NCBI GenBank assembly: GCA_964552065.1
Contig: CAZKGE010000001.1
Span: 1-41,215 of the forward strand
DNA from: an uncultured Oscillospiraceae bacterium
GTDB taxonomy: Bacteria; Bacillota; Clostridia; Christensenellales; CAG-138
DNA: 41,215 nt
Reading direction: 5' to 3'
The notes under the pieces were generated by a model. It was not told the DNA's origin, did not search any database, and saw only the letters and a list, made by a program, of their open reading frames with translations. Shown piece after piece: positions 39,707 to 41,215 of this stretch. The number at the start of each line of letters is the position of its first letter. Position 1 is the stretch's first letter. A program made the translations under genes and the position numbers.

Positions 39707-41215
39707 ATGACGGATTATATTGAAGAACAGGACTTTTCGGAACAAAAAGTCGACGCAAAGCTGTGGAAACGCATGTTCCGGTACGCGTTCCGCTATAAAA
39801 AAATCGTATGGACGACCGTTGTCGCACTATTTCTCGTCGCGGGAATCGACGTGGCCTACCCCGTGCTGAGCCGGTACGCGATCGACGCGTTCATCGTGCC
39901 GCGCACGACCGACGGCATCGTGCCGTTTGCCGCCGTGTACATGGCGCTCGTAACCGTGCAGTGCCTCAGCGTCGTGCTGTTCATTTTGCGCTGCGGCCGG
40001 CTCGAGATGACGGTGTCGTACGATATCCGCCAGGAGGCGTTCATCAAGCTCCAGAACCTGTCGTTCTCGTTCTACGACCGCACTGCCGTCGGGTATCTGA
40101 TGGCGCGCATGGTGTCGGACGTGGCCAGGCTCTCCGAGATGGTCGCGTGGAGCATCGTCGACGTGCTGTGGTCGACGTTCTACGCGGTCGGCTGCATCGC
40201 CACGATGTTCGCGCTCTCATGGAAGCTCGCGCTGATCGTGCTCACCGTGCTGCCCCCGCTGTTCCTTACGAGCATGTTCCTGCAAAAGAAGATCCTCAGG
40301 TACCAGCGCAAAGCCAAGAAGCTCAACTCGCGCATCACCAGCTCGTTCAACGAGGGCATCATGGGCGCGATGACGACCAAGACGCTCGTGCGCGAGCAGG
40401 CCAACGCGGACGAGTTCAACGAGCTGACCGAGAACATGCGCAGAACGTCGATCCGCTCCGCGCTGCTCAACGCGGCGTTCTTCCCGCTCGTGATCTCGCT
40501 CGGCGCGATCGGCACGGGCCTCGCGCTGTACTACGGCGGCAGCGGCGCGCTCGACGGCGCGCGCGCTTTTATCGGCGCGATCTCGGTCGGTACGCTCGTG
40601 GCGTTCGTATCGTACACGACGCAGCTGTTCGACCCGATTCAGCAGCTCGCGAACATCTTCGCCGAGCTGCAGGGCGCGCAGGCGTCCGCGGAGCGCGTGC
40701 TGACGCTGATCGACACCGAGCCCAGCGTCATCGACCGGCCGGACGTGATCGAACAATACGGCGATACGCTGCACCCGAAGAAGGAGAACTGGGAGGAACT
40801 GATCGGCGACGTGACGTTCGAGCACGTCTCGTTCTCCTACAAAGAGGGCGAAACCGTGCTGTCGGACTTCTCTCTCGAGGTAAAGGCCGGCCAGACTACC
40901 GCGCTCGTCGGCGAGACCGGCGCTGGCAAGAGCACGATCGTGAACCTGATCTGCCGGTTTTACGAGCCGACGAGCGGCCGGATTCTGATCGACGGCCGCG
41001 ACTACCGCGACCGCTCGCAGCTCTGGCTGCAATCGCACCTTGGGTACGTGCTGCAGACGCCGCACCTGTTCTCCGGCTCCATCCGCGACAACATCGCGTT
41101 CGGGCGGCCGGACGCCACGTTCGAGGACGTCCAAAGCGCCGCGAAGATGGTGCGCGCGGACGAGTTCATCGAAAAGATGGACAAAAGCTACGACACCGAG
41201 GTCGGCGAGGGCGGC
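39707..41215 (+). CDS. ABC exporter fused permease/ATPase, subunit 2, 3' end cut by the window edge (absent from the ORF track because no stop is reached)
   Basis: The ATG at 39707 immediately follows the subunit 1 TAG. The frame stays open for 503 codons to the window end. TM domain, then Walker A GETGAGKST and Q-loop LQTPHLF. Confidence 0.88.
   Translation, partial: MTDYIEEQDFSEQKVDAKLWKRMFRYAFRYKKIVWTTVVALFLVAGIDVAYPVLSRYAIDAFIVPRTTDGIVPFAAVYMALVTVQCLSVVLFILRCGRLEMTVSYDIRQEAFIKLQNLSFSFYDRTAVGYLMARMVSDVARLSEMVAWSIVDVLWSTFYAVGCIATMFALSWKLALIVLTVLPPLFLTSMFLQKKILRYQRKAKKLNSRITSSFNEGIMGAMTTKTLVREQANADEFNELTENMRRTSIRSALLNAAFFPLVISLGAIGTGLALYYGGSGALDGARAFIGAISVGTLVAFVSYTTQLFDPIQQLANIFAELQGAQASAERVLTLIDTEPSVIDRPDVIEQYGDTLHPKKENWEELIGDVTFEHVSFSYKEGETVLSDFSLEVKAGQTTALVGETGAGKSTIVNLICRFYEPTSGRILIDGRDYRDRSQLWLQSHLGYVLQTPHLFSGSIRDNIAFGRPDATFEDVQSAAKMVRADEFIEKMDKSYDTEVGEGG

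Noticed and set aside
36896-39745. A 949-aa uninterrupted minus-strand ORF spanning the priA 3' end, the intergenic gap and the whole first ABC exporter gene.
   Set aside because: It lies antisense to two genes with unmistakable motifs. Its Arg/Ala/Gly/His/Asp-rich, low-complexity composition (e.g. RRDAVRDDERNAVV, RGRGREEHADRAG) is typical of shadow ORFs in GC-rich DNA. It has no recognisable domain, SD or promoter.

Overview
This is a 41.2 kb, visibly GC-rich stretch of core chromosome from a spore-forming Firmicute (Clostridia-like). The lineage call rests on alpha/beta-type SASPs, yabP-yabQ-divIC and remA. I can support 38 protein-coding genes, packed tightly with many 4-nt ATGA overlaps. 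Almost all are housekeeping: DNA repair and replication (mutS2, recG, udg, xth, uvrC, pcrA, ligA, priA), sporulation and division, and a two-component system with an HtrA protease. There is also a Crp-linked ABC importer, a heterodimeric ABC exporter, thrC, ahcY, gmk, rpoZ and remA. Several blocks share gene order with Bacillus: asp23-yloV-recG, yicC-remA-gmk-rpoZ...priA, and yabP-yabQ-divIC. I see no rRNA, tRNA, CRISPR array, transposase, integrase, phage genes or recognisable defence island, so I cannot honestly claim a novel multi-gene system here. The features worth a second look are listed below.

1. A 242-nt hairpin-dense non-coding element, bracketed by inverted repeats, lies between convergent uvrC and an EF-G-like gene.
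2. That EF-G-like gene stands outside any str operon and has degenerate GTPase motifs (DAPGF, NQMD).
3. A 139-aa minimal P-loop ATPase heads the thrC operon.
4. A NagB-fold protein lacks three of the four NagB catalytic residues.
5. Two promoters sit exactly 6 nt from their ATG, which suggests leaderless mRNAs for xth and divIC.
6. Smaller regulatory oddities are reported as separate findings.

The many long ORFs antisense to real genes are GC-driven shadow ORFs. Every homology call is by-eye motif recognition; no searches were run.
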